From: an uncultured Flavobacteriaceae bacterium
GTDB taxonomy: Bacteria; Bacteroidota; Bacteroidia; Flavobacteriales; Flavobacteriaceae
Reading direction: 5' to 3'
Assembly: GCA_964550895.1 (NCBI GenBank)
Contig: CAZKAP010000003.1
Span: 49,082 to 113,081 of the forward strand
Length of the DNA stretch: 64,000 nucleotides
In this document: positions 1 to 10,839 of the stretch, piece after piece
Layout: every line of letters begins with the position of its first letter
How positions within the stretch are numbered: the first letter of the stretch is position 1
Translations under genes and position numbers: made by a program
The notes under the pieces: model-generated
Seen by the model: the letters and a program-made list of their open reading frames with translations, nothing else
Told to the model about the DNA's origin: nothing
Databases searched by the model: none

Positions 1-74
1 ATGCACTGATATCGGCACTCAGGGATCAGGCATCGGCCAAAGGATTCGTGTGGGTCAGCGAAAAGTAATCCGGA

Positions 75-1091
75 TTAATTATTGGCAGCCGGGCAGTAGC
101 AGTCGTAGCGATTCTCCGGCTGCTCTCCCAGATCATACCCCAGGGTGATCTGATGGAACCCCCCGCTTCCTATACGGATATCCCCAATCTGGTAGGAGTA
201 GTTATAGGCGATCAAAAAACGGTTAAACCGGGCACCGGCCCAGGGGGTGATCATCTGCAGTCGTTGCTGCCCCACCTGACCGTTCAGGAAGAATTCGGTC
301 CCCTCAAAGGTGCGCCGGTAGGAAGCACCGGCAAAAAGAGTGACCTGCTCGTTCAGATCCTTATGGAGTTTGAGGTTCAGGTCCAGGGTGCGTTCGTTGG
401 TAAATTCCGTTAGCTGCAGTAAGAACGAGGGTTCGATCCGGAATGAACCACGTCCGAACACGTATCCCGCAGAAAGCAGGTACCTCCTGAAGTTGTCGAA
501 CTCCACGCCCGAATACCGATCCCGGCCCTGCCCCAGCAGGTTTAGCACGGCAAAATGGGCATAGAATTCGAATAAATTGTACGAAACCCCTGCGTCCACA
601 TTGAAAAATCCCAACGTGCGCTCGTCCACGCCCAATACGGGGTCAGGAACCAGAGTTGGAAATTCGGAGAAATTCAGGGAGCTGACCGTTACCCCCGCGC
701 TGAGTCCGAATGAAAGCTGGTGCAACGTCCTGAAGTCATAGCTCAGCTTGATATGATGCGCATAGGTACCCTTAAAACCGGTCTGGGAATGGTATCCGTT
801 GCTGTCGTTAAAAAGGATGCCCCCAACGCCGCTTCGGTCGTTGAGTCTCCAGTTCAAATTAAACGTTTGGAGCGAAGGCGCGTCCTGTATATCGAACCAT
901 TGCTGCCGGGCCGTCAGCCGGGCCTTACCGCCCTCGCCTATTCCCGCCATGGAAGGATATACCAGGTAGTAGTTATCGGTCAGGTAGTCGAAATATATGG
1001 GTACACCTTCCTGAGCGCGACCGGACAGATAAAAAAGGATGAATACGGCCAGCAGGAAGGTCCGCGAGATTTGGGCGCAACGGGATTTCAT
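75..1091 (-). CDS. PorP/SprF family type IX secretion system membrane protein
   Basis: 338 aa. Signal-like N-terminus (LLAVFILFYLSGRAQ), then the family-typical start PIYFDYLTDNYYLVYPSMAG and beta-barrel-like sequence to the C-terminus. Recognised by eye. Confidence 0.8.
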   Translation of the reverse strand: MKSRCAQISRTFLLAVFILFYLSGRAQEGVPIYFDYLTDNYYLVYPSMAGIGEGGKARLTARQQWFDIQDAPSLQTFNLNWRLNDRSGVGGILFNDSNGYHSQTGFKGTYAHHIKLSYDFRTLHQLSFGLSAGVTVSSLNFSEFPTLVPDPVLGVDERTLGFFNVDAGVSYNLFEFYAHFAVLNLLGQGRDRYSGVEFDNFRRYLLSAGYVFGRGSFRIEPSFLLQLTEFTNERTLDLNLKLHKDLNEQVTLFAGASYRRTFEGTEFFLNGQVGQQRLQMITPWAGARFNRFLIAYNYSYQIGDIRIGSGGFHQITLGYDLGEQPENRYDCYCPAANN

Positions 1092-1228
1092 AGCAGTGTT
1101 CGATTATGCAGAAGTAACGTCATTCGGCACGATTTATTGCCTTTTAAAGCGGACTCAAAGATAGCAGTAGTACCTCTGGTTCTGAGGGAATCCCGTGCTC
1201 AGTTCGTACTTTTGACGAAAATTTTGCC

Positions 1229-2128
1229 ATGAACGAAGTGATCCTTACCGCCAAGCCTACCTCCAACCCTGCCGTTTACAAGTTCCAGGCGAGCATCTTC
1301 CTGGTTCAGGGAGGACCCTACGAATACCGCAACATAGATGAGGCCCAAGATTCTCCTTTGGCGCAGCAACTGTTTCACCTGCCCTTTGTCAAGACCGTTT
1401 ACATCTCGGGGAACTTCGTGGCCATCGAGCGCTTCGATATCGTTGAGTGGGAGGACGTGAAGACCGAACTGGGCCAGAAGCTGGTGGATTACCTGAACGA
1501 AGGCCTGCCCGTGGTCAATGAGTCGGGGCAGAACGAAAGCGGTACTCCCCGTGAGCTGTATGCCGAAATCACACCTAATCCGGCAGTGATGAAGTACGTT
1601 TCCAACCGCCTTATCGTGCCCGCAATGTTCGAATTCAAGAACATAGATGAGGCCGTGGATTCTCCCCTTGCCACACGATTATTCGAATTCCCATATGTTA
1701 AGGAGGTGTTCATGGACGAAAACTACATTTCCGTGACCAAGTACGACCGGGTGGAATGGGACGAGATCAATGTGCCCCTGAGGGATGCCATCATGCAGTT
1801 CCTGAAAAGCGGTGAGCCCGCCGTAAATGCCGAAAGGGGGAGCTCCGCGAGTATGGCTGACGAAAGCGAAAACCAGCAGGAACTGGATGAGACCTCCAAA
1901 AGGATTATCGACATACTGGAGGAATACGTGAAACCGGCCGTAGCCGGGGACGGCGGAAACATCATGTTTAAGGCCTACGAGGAAGAGAGCAAACGGGTCC
2001 ATGTAATCCTTCAGGGTGCCTGTAGCGGTTGCCCGTCTTCTACCTTCACCCTGAAAAACGGTATCGAGACCATGCTCAAAAACATGTTGGGCGATAAGGT
2101 CGAGGAAGTGGTTGCACTCAACGGTTAA
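1229..2128 (+). CDS. NifU/Nfu-type Fe-S cluster scaffold protein (two Nfu_N repeats + NifU C-terminal domain)
   Basis: 299 aa. Two internal repeats (NIDEAQDSPLAQQLFHLPFVKTVYISGNFVAIER and NIDEAVDSPLATRLFEFPYVKEVFMDENYISVTK), then a C-terminal GACSGCPSS CxxC motif. Confidence 0.85.
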   Translation: MNEVILTAKPTSNPAVYKFQASIFLVQGGPYEYRNIDEAQDSPLAQQLFHLPFVKTVYISGNFVAIERFDIVEWEDVKTELGQKLVDYLNEGLPVVNESGQNESGTPRELYAEITPNPAVMKYVSNRLIVPAMFEFKNIDEAVDSPLATRLFEFPYVKEVFMDENYISVTKYDRVEWDEINVPLRDAIMQFLKSGEPAVNAERGSSASMADESENQQELDETSKRIIDILEEYVKPAVAGDGGNIMFKAYEEESKRVHVILQGACSGCPSSTFTLKNGIETMLKNMLGDKVEEVVALNG

Positions 2129-2142
2129 CCGCCAATTCTCCC

Positions 2143-4191
2143 ATGCCAGACAATAGTCGCAAACCCAACTCCCTGATTCACAGCTCCAGCCCCTATCTGT
2201 TGCAGCATGCCTACAATCCGGTGGACTGGAAACCATGGGACGAAAGCATACTGGAGCAAAACCAATCCGGGGGAAAACTGCTGTTGATCAGTATTGGCTA
2301 TTCCGCCTGCCACTGGTGCCATGTCATGGAGGAACACTGCTTTGAAGACCAGGAGGTTGCGGCTTATATGAATGAACATTTCATCAACATCAAGGTAGAT
2401 CGGGAAGAGCGGCCGGATATCGATCACATTTATATGGATGCCCTCCAGCTCATGTCCGGTCAGGGAGGATGGCCGCTGAATGTGGTGGCCTTACCGGATC
2501 AGCGGCCGTTCTGGGGCGCGACCTACCTGCCTAAAGACCGCTGGCTCTCCGCTCTTTCGCAGCTCGTCGACCTGTACGGCAGCGATCCCGCCAGGGTCCA
2601 TTCCTATGCCGCCAACCTGCACCAGGGCCTGCAACAGAACAAACTGCTCACTCCGGCCACCGATGCCAGGCGCGAGAAGGGCCGCATCGACGCCTCCATA
2701 CGGGAGTGGTCCTCCTTATGGGACGAGGTATACGGTGGGAATAACCGGGCTCCCAAATTCATGATGCCAGCCACCCTGGATCTATTGATGCAATACGGCT
2801 GGAAACGCAAGGACAAGGCGGTCCTGGATCACGTTCGCACCACCCTGACGCGCATGGCCTGGGGCGGAATACACGATGTAGTCGGAGGAGGATTCTCCAG
2901 GTATTCCGTCGATGCCCGCTGGCATGTCCCCCATTTCGAAAAAATGCTGTACGATAACGGACTGCTGCTCCGAACATACAGCGATGCCTATACCCTCTTC
3001 GGGGACGAACTCTTCCGCGAAACGGCAGGGGGAATCGTAAACTTCATTAAGGATCAGCTATTGAGCGATTCGGGAGGTTTGTATGCCGCCCTGGATGCGG
3101 ACAGCATGAATAATGAGGGAGTGTCCGAGGAAGGAGCCTACTACGTCTGGACCCAAAAAGAAATCGACGATATACTGACCCAAAGGGAAGCACAGCTGCT
3201 CAAGGCCTGCTTTAACGTGAACGAAAAAGGACATTGGGAAAACGGGAACTTCGTCCTGCTGAGGGACCAGTCCTGGGAGCGCCTCGCCAGCAAACTGAAT
3301 ACGGACGTTGCGGAACTGCGAAACAGCACCGGCAAGTCGCTTTCCCTGCTCAGGAACTACAGGGAGGCGAACCGGAAGTTACCTGCACGGGATACCAAGA
3401 TCATCGCGTCCTGGAATGCCATGACGGGTTCCGGGCTCCTCAGAGCCTATCGTGCCTTCGGTGAGGAATCGCATCGGGAACTCGCCGACCGGATACTGGC
3501 ATTTATTGAGCGTGAACTCATAACCGATGATCGGGGATTCCTCAGGCGCACCTTCGGCAAAGACGGGCTGGAGCGGGAAGGCTTCCTGGACGACTACGCT
3601 TTCCTGATCCGTTTCTATACGGACCGCTATCAGATCCTGCAGCAGAACCGCGATTTGGAGCAGGCCCTGTACTGGACCGATTACGTGCTCGGCACATTCG
3701 ATCGAACCGATGAAGCCCTGCTGGCCTATACCCCGCGAAACCAGGGGGCCCTGATCCGGAGCACCGTGGAGACTGAAGACAATGTGATTCCATCCTCCAA
3801 TGCGGTTATGTGTGAAAACCTCTGGGTACTGGGCAGATTGTTCCCCTCTCGAACGTACACGCAAATCTCGGAGAGGATGCGGGATGCACTCTGGGCTACC
3901 GCAGTACAGCATCCGGGGTATTACGCACTCTGGCTGTCTAACCTGCTCTTCGAAGAAGGGCCGTTCTACGAAGTGGCTGCGATCGGGGAGGGTTACCAGC
4001 AGGGGTTACGGCAATTATACCAAACCTACCACCCGTACCGAATATACGTCGGAGCCCGGACAGCGACGAATTTCCCCGAGGTATTATCAGGCAAGGAACC
4101 CGGTGATGAAACCCGGTATTTTGCCTGTCAGTACGGGCAGTGCCAGCTCCCGGTGACTTCGATTCAACAACTCGAAAAAACAACAGCATGA
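2143..4191 (+). CDS. thioredoxin domain-containing protein (DUF255 / YyaL / SPATA20-like)
   Basis: 682 aa. N-terminal thioredoxin-like signature ISIGYSACHWCHVMEEHCFED...INIKVDREERPDID, then a long helical-toroid-like C-terminal part typical of this family. Confidence 0.85.
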   Translation: MPDNSRKPNSLIHSSSPYLLQHAYNPVDWKPWDESILEQNQSGGKLLLISIGYSACHWCHVMEEHCFEDQEVAAYMNEHFINIKVDREERPDIDHIYMDALQLMSGQGGWPLNVVALPDQRPFWGATYLPKDRWLSALSQLVDLYGSDPARVHSYAANLHQGLQQNKLLTPATDARREKGRIDASIREWSSLWDEVYGGNNRAPKFMMPATLDLLMQYGWKRKDKAVLDHVRTTLTRMAWGGIHDVVGGGFSRYSVDARWHVPHFEKMLYDNGLLLRTYSDAYTLFGDELFRETAGGIVNFIKDQLLSDSGGLYAALDADSMNNEGVSEEGAYYVWTQKEIDDILTQREAQLLKACFNVNEKGHWENGNFVLLRDQSWERLASKLNTDVAELRNSTGKSLSLLRNYREANRKLPARDTKIIASWNAMTGSGLLRAYRAFGEESHRELADRILAFIERELITDDRGFLRRTFGKDGLEREGFLDDYAFLIRFYTDRYQILQQNRDLEQALYWTDYVLGTFDRTDEALLAYTPRNQGALIRSTVETEDNVIPSSNAVMCENLWVLGRLFPSRTYTQISERMRDALWATAVQHPGYYALWLSNLLFEEGPFYEVAAIGEGYQQGLRQLYQTYHPYRIYVGARTATNFPEVLSGKEPGDETRYFACQYGQCQLPVTSIQQLEKTTA

Positions 4192-5045
4192 TTGCCTATC
4201 AGATTGAAATCGACAAAACGGTAAACGGAATTAGTGAACACATCAAACAGGGCATCGAATGGTTCTGGGGTTTTGCTCCCAACCTGGTATCCGCCCTGCT
4301 GATTCTACTTGTCGGCCTGTGGGCCATTGGCCTGGCCAACACTGGACTCAAGCGCTTCTTCGACAAAAAAGATTACGACGTAACCCTGGAACTCTTTATT
4401 CTGAACCTGGTCAAGTACAGCCTCAGGGTATTGTTAATTATACTCATCATTACCCAACTCGGCGTCAAGACCTCGTCCCTGATCGCCGTGCTGGGTGCGG
4501 CCGGTTTGGCTATCGGCCTGGCCTTGCAAGGCTCCTTATCCAACTTTGCCGGAGGTATTTTGCTCCTGATCTTCAAGCCCATGAAAGTCGGTGACTGGAT
4601 CTCGGCCCAGGGCATAGACGGGGAAGTTCAGGAAATCGGGATCTTCAATACCAAAATCAAGACATTTGGTAACCAGGTGGCTTCGATTCCCAATGGTGCC
4701 CTATCCAACGGGAGTATCGTCAATTACGACTCCCTGGAACGCCGCAGGGACAACATTACCATAGGCATTTCCTACAGTTCCGATATCGAACAGGCCCGCC
4801 GGATTATTCTGGATTTGTGCGCCGCTGACGAGCGCATCGACAAGGACCCTGCCCCGCAGGTTCTGCTATCGGAATTGGCCGACAGCTCCGTAAACCTGGC
4901 GGTGAGGTTCTGGGCCCACAACAGCGTATTCTGGCCCGCCCATTTCGAATTGATCGAAAACATGAAAAACGCATTCGACAAGAACGGAATCGAAATCCCA
5001 TTCCCACAGCGTGTGGTTCACCGGATAGGAGACGCTACGGACTAA
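4188..5045 (+). CDS. mechanosensitive ion channel family protein (MscS-like)
   Basis: Start moved to ATG 4188 (MIAYQIE...), which forms an ATGA overlap with the upstream stop. TM helices are followed by the MscS beta-domain (KPMKVGDWI...GEVQEIGIFNTKIKTFGNQVASIPNG). Confidence 0.85.
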   Translation: MIAYQIEIDKTVNGISEHIKQGIEWFWGFAPNLVSALLILLVGLWAIGLANTGLKRFFDKKDYDVTLELFILNLVKYSLRVLLIILIITQLGVKTSSLIAVLGAAGLAIGLALQGSLSNFAGGILLLIFKPMKVGDWISAQGIDGEVQEIGIFNTKIKTFGNQVASIPNGALSNGSIVNYDSLERRRDNITIGISYSSDIEQARRIILDLCAADERIDKDPAPQVLLSELADSSVNLAVRFWAHNSVFWPAHFELIENMKNAFDKNGIEIPFPQRVVHRIGDATD

Positions 5046-5063
5046 GAGGGCACAAAAAAGGTG

Positions 5064-5732
5064 TCAGGGGCTCTTGGGCGTGGAAGTCTGGAAGTCCTTG
5101 AGGTAGTAAGGCTCGAAATACGCGACATCCTCGAAGTGTCCGGCACTGAATCGGGCATCCGCCATTTGCCCCATTGTACGGGCGGAGGGAAGGACATCGG
5201 TGTAATATACCCACCCTTCATCTCCGAGTACTTGCTGGCATTTTGCCGCTCCATCACCCACCAGGTGAAGTTTGTCCGCACCGCGGAAATCCCCGAAGGC
5301 ATCATACGTAATGACCTCCGCCCTCACCTCCCGTAGCGGAGTGAAGTCCGGTGCAAATACCTGGCTGTATACTTCCATACGCCGGGCATCCATAACAGGC
5401 ACTATGCGATCGGGCTCCTCCACCGCCAACGAACGTGCGAGTATCTCCAGGGTGTTCAGGGCGATAAGGGGTACTCCCAGGGCATAACAAATGCCCTTGG
5501 CCGTGGCTACTCCTATACGAAGTCCGGTATAGGAGCCCGGACCCTGGCTTACGGCCACGGCCTTGAGATCCGCAGGCCGGCAACCAGCCTTCTTATGGAG
5601 TTCGTTGATAAAGAGGTGCAGCTTTTCGGAGTGTATGTACCGATCACTGTACTCCTCCCGCACGATCGACTCCCTCCCGTCAAACAAGGAAACGGAGCAA
5701 TTCCTGGACGCGGTTTCCAGACACAGTATCAT
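5064..5732 (-). CDS. tsaB: tRNA threonylcarbamoyladenosine biosynthesis protein TsaB
   Basis: 222 aa. MILCLETASRNCSVSL start and GPGSYTGLRIG motif typical of TsaB/YeaZ. Confidence 0.85.
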   Translation of the reverse strand: MILCLETASRNCSVSLFDGRESIVREEYSDRYIHSEKLHLFINELHKKAGCRPADLKAVAVSQGPGSYTGLRIGVATAKGICYALGVPLIALNTLEILARSLAVEEPDRIVPVMDARRMEVYSQVFAPDFTPLREVRAEVITYDAFGDFRGADKLHLVGDGAAKCQQVLGDEGWVYYTDVLPSARTMGQMADARFSAGHFEDVAYFEPYYLKDFQTSTPKSP

Positions 5733-5757
5733 AGGCTGTCGCTTAGCTGCCGCAAAT

Positions 5758-7155
5758 TTAATCCAGTACTATGGGAAGTCCGAAATAGAATTCGAGGATT
5801 TTAAGGCGGAAAATATAATCGTATTTGGTGCGAATGGCCGTGGCTTCCGCATTGTCGAGCCGTGCCTGGGCCTGGCCGTAATCGAAGGCATTCAGCAATC
5901 CATTTTCGTAGCGCTGGCGGGCATATTCCAAAGCCACGCGTCGGGCCTCTACAGTCTTCAACGCCGCATCGTACGCCAGGTAGAAGGTTTCCACATCCAC
6001 ATAGGCCTGATTGATGGCATTCTCCAGATCGAGTTTGGTTTGTTCGAGTTGCAATTTGCTCTGCAGCACGCCAAGCTTGGCCCGCTTTACATTATTCCGG
6101 GCCGAATTTCCATTGAACAGGGGAATATTCATTTGAAACCCATAGGATATCCCATCGTTGTTCTCCAACTGCGCAACAAAATCCGGTCGAAACACCACGA
6201 AATCGTCTGCCGGATTATTGGGATCCTGATCCGGGTTGGGTGCGATCTGAAAGGCATCGGTCGCAAAGGTATTGTAATTGAAAAAGGCACTCAGTGTGGG
6301 ATAGTAGGAACCCCGGGCTATCGCCAAATCCTTCTCGGCCACTTCTACGTTGGTCTCGGCGAACTTGATATCGTTCCGAAACGACAGGGCCTTCTCGAAG
6401 ATCACCTTGGGGGTATTCTTCAGGATTTCGGAAGCTGGAACGTTGTAGGTATCTTCCGCCAACTGGAAGTTTTCGTAATCCGTAATCTGCAGGAGCTGGG
6501 CGAGGTTAATCCGGGATATAATCACCAGACTCTCCGTATTGGTAATCTGCTGCAACTGAGTGGCGGCAGTGGCCTGCACCTCAAGCAAGTCGCCCTCAGG
6601 GGCGGCTCCTTCGGCTACCAGGTTCCTTACCCGTTCCAGGTCGTTCTTGGTAACCTCGTACTGCGCCCGGGCCACGTTAAGAGCCTCCTTGTTAGAGATG
6701 ACCTGCAGATACGCATTGGCCACATTCAGTCGGATATCGTCCTTCAGGTCTTCCAACCGGTAGCGGCTCGCAATCGTATTGAGCTTGGCGCGCGAGGCCC
6801 TGTTGAAGTTACGGAGTCCGTCGAATAGGGTATATCCGACATTCAGGTTGGCCGAACCGGATAGAATCTCACCCACGGTATTGGTCTGGGTCTGCGGATC
6901 CAGGATCAGACCCCGGCTTTCCCGAGCCGAAATGGAACCGTTCAGGTTGGGCAAGAAGTTACCCAGGGCGTCGGACTTGGCGATGGCCGCATTCTCCAGG
7001 TCGAGTTCGAACTGCTCCACAGTCAGGTTATTATCGATAGCGTACATCACGCACTCCTCCAGGGTCCATTTCTTCTGGGCATGCAAACCGGATCCCAGGA
7101 GAACCGCAAGCAAAAGGGTAAAGGCGTATTTATGGTATGATTTTATTATGATCAT
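5758..7155 (-). CDS. TolC family outer membrane efflux protein
   Basis: 465 aa. Signal peptide and two-repeat helical TolC-like sequence. It is the last gene of the ABC/adaptor operon. Confidence 0.85.
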   Translation of the reverse strand: MIIIKSYHKYAFTLLLAVLLGSGLHAQKKWTLEECVMYAIDNNLTVEQFELDLENAAIAKSDALGNFLPNLNGSISARESRGLILDPQTQTNTVGEILSGSANLNVGYTLFDGLRNFNRASRAKLNTIASRYRLEDLKDDIRLNVANAYLQVISNKEALNVARAQYEVTKNDLERVRNLVAEGAAPEGDLLEVQATAATQLQQITNTESLVIISRINLAQLLQITDYENFQLAEDTYNVPASEILKNTPKVIFEKALSFRNDIKFAETNVEVAEKDLAIARGSYYPTLSAFFNYNTFATDAFQIAPNPDQDPNNPADDFVVFRPDFVAQLENNDGISYGFQMNIPLFNGNSARNNVKRAKLGVLQSKLQLEQTKLDLENAINQAYVDVETFYLAYDAALKTVEARRVALEYARQRYENGLLNAFDYGQAQARLDNAEATAIRTKYDYIFRLKILEFYFGLPIVLD

Positions 7156-7167
7156 CAGTTGTGGTCT

Positions 7168-8307
7168 TTATTCGTTGTTTTCCGCATCTTCCTCTTCCTC
7201 ATCGCCCTTCTTGATAGGTTGGGTCTTGTTCCATTCCTTGACCTTGTCTTCCTCGGTCAGGCCCGAAATGATCTCTACATTAATGCCATCGGACAGCCCA
7301 ATTTCAATATCGCGACGTTCGAATTTCCCCTCTTCGTTAAGGACTTCGACATAGGGCTCATTCGTGGATCGATCGAACTGTAGCAGGGCCTCCTGTATCA
7401 CCAGGACGCTGTCTCTGCTTTCCAACACGAAGGAGGCATTGGCACTGTAGCCGGCACGAATCTGGAATTCCTCATCCAGAGACACTTCGCCTTCGATCTT
7501 AAACTGAACGGCCCCCCCTTCATCCGTACCCTTGGGAGCAACGAATCGAAGAGTGGCCTCGTACTCCTTATCTTCAATGGCCCCCATGGTAATAGTCAGG
7601 GGCATACCGACCTTAAGCTTGCCCACCTCGCCCTCGTCTACCTGGCCTTCAAATATCATTTTACTCAGGTCGGCCAATATGGCCACGGTGGTACCGGCGT
7701 TGAAGTTATTACTCTGTATCACCTGATCCCCTATTTTCACCGGAATCTCGAGTATGGTTCCCGACACCAGGGCACGAATATTGGTATTGGCCTCGGTGAT
7801 TCCGCCGGCAGTTCCCCTGCGGATGATCTGGTAATCGGCCTTGGCATTCTTGAGCTCCTGCTCCGCACGATCATAAGTCAGCTGCAGGTTCAGGTAGTCC
7901 TGGCTCGAGATCACGCCTTTATCGTAAAGCGCCTTGCTGCGATCGTACTCGATCTTGGCATTGTTCCGGGCGAGTTCAGCGTTCCGCACCCTGCCCTGGG
8001 CCTGATTCAGAGCCTGCTCGTTAGGTACCACCTTGATAATGGCGATCAGGTCTCCACTCTTGACTTTGTCCCCCTCTTTCTTGAGGATTTTATCGACGAT
8101 ACCGGTGATCTGGGGTTTGATCTCCACCTCGTCTTCGGGTACTACACTGCCGGTAGCGACCGTTTTCTTCTCTATACTGGAGATAAATGGGGAGTAGGTC
8201 TCGTATTGAACGGACCCTTTGCTGTTTGAACTGATAAAGAACGAAGCAGCGGCAAGACCTCCTACCACCAGGACGACTATCGCGAATATTATCAGAAACT
8301 TCTTCAT
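7168..8307 (-). CDS. efflux transporter periplasmic adaptor subunit (HlyD/MacA-like)
   Basis: 379 aa. N-terminal TM anchor, lipoyl-like segment (VKSGDLIAIIKV) and a coiled-coil hairpin. Paralog of 18086-19177. Confidence 0.85.
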   Translation of the reverse strand: MKKFLIIFAIVVLVVGGLAAASFFISSNSKGSVQYETYSPFISSIEKKTVATGSVVPEDEVEIKPQITGIVDKILKKEGDKVKSGDLIAIIKVVPNEQALNQAQGRVRNAELARNNAKIEYDRSKALYDKGVISSQDYLNLQLTYDRAEQELKNAKADYQIIRRGTAGGITEANTNIRALVSGTILEIPVKIGDQVIQSNNFNAGTTVAILADLSKMIFEGQVDEGEVGKLKVGMPLTITMGAIEDKEYEATLRFVAPKGTDEGGAVQFKIEGEVSLDEEFQIRAGYSANASFVLESRDSVLVIQEALLQFDRSTNEPYVEVLNEEGKFERRDIEIGLSDGINVEIISGLTEEDKVKEWNKTQPIKKGDEEEEDAENNE

Positions 8308-8343
8308 TAGACTGGGTATTTGTTGTTGTTATGCAATCTGTTT

Positions 8344-9609
8344 TTATTCTTCTCGTAATGCCTCTATAGGCCGGATTCTCAGTGCCCTCTGCGCAGGTAT
8401 TAGTCCGATAAGGGTACTGAATACGACCATGATCACCAGGGCCACTATCACAAAGGGAATAGGAACCGTCGGATTTGTATAGGGGAAATCCGTCAGGTCC
8501 TTTGTGGCCCTATCGACCAGCCAAAGCACCAGCGCCCCAAACGAAATGCCGTATATACCCGAAATCAGGGTCAGCACCGTACTCTCGAGTATGATCAGTG
8601 TTCGAACCTCGACGGGTTTGGCCCCCAGGGCCCGTCGCACACCGAGTTCCTTGGTACGCTCCCGGACGGAAATCAGCAGTATGTTCCCGATGGAGATCAC
8701 TCCGGCCAATATGGTGGCAACCCCAATGATCAGGGAGAGCAGCGTCATGCCCGAGGAAAAATTCTTGATGTTGTTAAATATCGCGCCCAGGTTTACGGAG
8801 GAAATCGCCACCTCGTCCGTCGGATCGATGTCCTTCTCGAATTTCAGGACCGCCTTGATGTCTTTCTCGACCTGGACCACGTCCGAGCTGTCGTAAGCCG
8901 CAATCAGCATCCAGTTTACCCGATCCCCGGTATTGTATAACTTCCGGTACGTATTGAACGGGATGTAGATGTCCGTATCGGCGGAAAACGGACTGGATTG
9001 AATAAATTTCTGGACACCGATCACCTGGAAACTCACCCCGTCGATCTCGATAAATTCGCCCACGGCCTTCTCCCCTTTTTCGAAGAGCTCGGCCTTGGCG
9101 CGTTCGCCAATCACACAGACCTTACGCTCGTACTTCATGTCATCGTCATTGATGTAGCGACCGCCCTCATAAATGTCGCGGGTGGCGATTTTCAGAGACA
9201 CAGGGGATTCCCCGTAAACGGCATAGCTTCCCTGTTGCAAGCCGCGCTTGATCACACCACCGGGGCTTCCGAATATCCCTTTGGCATTGGATGGGGCAAT
9301 GAATTCGATATCCGGCACCCGCTTTTTGAGCAGGCTCAGGTCCTCGATCCGGATGGGAACAAAGCGGCCCTTCTTAAAACCCGCGTAGGGTTTGCTGGTG
9401 CGCTGTGCCCAGACGAACATCGTATTGATCGCCGTGCGTTCAAATGCCCGGTCGAATCCATTGTCCAGACCCTTGGCTGCACCGGACATGGTGATGTACA
9501 CAAAGATTCCCCAGAAAACACCGAACATCGTCAACAGGGTGCGCACCCAGTTGCTTCCGATGGAATTGAAGATTTCCTGCCAGGTATTTAAGCTAAAGAG
9601 TAGTTTCAT
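8344..9609 (-). CDS. ABC transporter permease (MacB/FtsX-type)
   Basis: 421 aa. N-terminal TM, large periplasmic domain and C-terminal FtsX bundle (RERTKELGVRRALGA). Paralog of 19198-20451. Confidence 0.85.
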   Translation of the reverse strand: MKLLFSLNTWQEIFNSIGSNWVRTLLTMFGVFWGIFVYITMSGAAKGLDNGFDRAFERTAINTMFVWAQRTSKPYAGFKKGRFVPIRIEDLSLLKKRVPDIEFIAPSNAKGIFGSPGGVIKRGLQQGSYAVYGESPVSLKIATRDIYEGGRYINDDDMKYERKVCVIGERAKAELFEKGEKAVGEFIEIDGVSFQVIGVQKFIQSSPFSADTDIYIPFNTYRKLYNTGDRVNWMLIAAYDSSDVVQVEKDIKAVLKFEKDIDPTDEVAISSVNLGAIFNNIKNFSSGMTLLSLIIGVATILAGVISIGNILLISVRERTKELGVRRALGAKPVEVRTLIILESTVLTLISGIYGISFGALVLWLVDRATKDLTDFPYTNPTVPIPFVIVALVIMVVFSTLIGLIPAQRALRIRPIEALREE

Positions 9610-10839
9610 TTATTCGCTTCTCATGGCCTCAACGGGCTGGATTCGGGCTGCCCTGCGAGCGGGGATCATCCCCGCCAGGATTCCGCAGACGATTAACAAT
9701 ACCGTGGCCGATATGGCAAACCGCCCACTCACGTAAGGATCTTCGATGAAGTAGTCACTCAGTACATCCCCCATATTCTCCAGGATAAGTACGCCTATAC
9801 CCATGCCTATAAAACCGAAGATGATGGTAATTACCGAGGCCTCCAGTAGGATGATTCCAATGATGTCCCTGGGACGGGCCCCTACCGCCTTGCGGATACC
9901 GATCTCACGGGTACGCTCCTTGACCACGAACACCATGATGTTTCCGATAGCCACAATTCCGGCGATGATCGTTCCTATAGCGAAGGAGAGTGCGATCATC
10001 CCCAGGGCCCCTGCAAACTGCTGATTGCGCTCATAGTCACTGGCGATATTGCGTACGAAAATGGCCCGTGTATCGTCGGGGTTTATAAACTTCTTGTCCC
10101 TCAGGAAATTCAGGACATTATTCTGGAAAGCGGTGGCTATCTGAGCGCTGATGCCGGGCTTGAACAAGATGATCAGGAAATCGACTTTATCGGTACTCTT
10201 CTCGATTCGCTGGACTGTCTTGTACGGTACGTAAATGATGCGTTCGGCATTATCCCCGTCGTCGTCCTGAAAGACCCCAACCACCTGAAAAGCGATTCCG
10301 CCTATATCCAGGTAGGTCCCGATAGGGTCCTCATCCCCGTACAGGTCCTTGACCACCATACGCCCGATCACGCATACCTTAGTCCGGTCCTTAAGATCCT
10401 TGTCGTTGATGAAGCGCCCCTTCATCATTATGGTCTGTTCTACTATGCGGTGGGAAGGAGCTACGCCCTGGGTGGTATAGTTGTTGGATTCCTGCTTGTA
10501 GCGCACCAAATTCCCCCGTGAAATCCTGGGGGAAACGGCCGAAAGGAAATTGGCGAAGTTCTCCTGTATATCGGCTATATCGGAATTCTCGAACTCGATA
10601 CGCCGATTGGATTCGTATCCCTTGAACGGTATGGAAGTACGTCCGGGAAAGAAGTAGATTACGTTGGTGGGGTTATTTCCGAAGAACTTGTCGAAGGTAT
10701 TCTTCAGGCCGTTGGTCAGGCCGACCAGGATAACGACGATAAAAATACCCAGGGCCATGGTAAAGCCCGTGAGGAACGTCCGGAGCTTGTTCTTCCGGAG
10801 CGTAGAGTAGATTTCTTTCCAGGCCTCCAGACTAAACAT
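9610..10839 (-). CDS. ABC transporter permease (MacB/FtsX-type)
   Basis: 409 aa. Same architecture (KERTREIGIRKAVGA) and abuts the next permease with no gap. Paralog of 20460-21704. Confidence 0.85.
   Translation of the reverse strand: MFSLEAWKEIYSTLRKNKLRTFLTGFTMALGIFIVVILVGLTNGLKNTFDKFFGNNPTNVIYFFPGRTSIPFKGYESNRRIEFENSDIADIQENFANFLSAVSPRISRGNLVRYKQESNNYTTQGVAPSHRIVEQTIMMKGRFINDKDLKDRTKVCVIGRMVVKDLYGDEDPIGTYLDIGGIAFQVVGVFQDDDGDNAERIIYVPYKTVQRIEKSTDKVDFLIILFKPGISAQIATAFQNNVLNFLRDKKFINPDDTRAIFVRNIASDYERNQQFAGALGMIALSFAIGTIIAGIVAIGNIMVFVVKERTREIGIRKAVGARPRDIIGIILLEASVITIIFGFIGMGIGVLILENMGDVLSDYFIEDPYVSGRFAISATVLLIVCGILAGMIPARRAARIQPVEAMRSE

Noticed and set aside
5563-6828. 421-aa plus-strand ORF.
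   Set aside because: It lies entirely antisense to the well-supported TolC gene and its translation is low-complexity (Leu/Gly/Ile/Arg-rich). This is a typical shadow ORF in GC-biased coding sequence.
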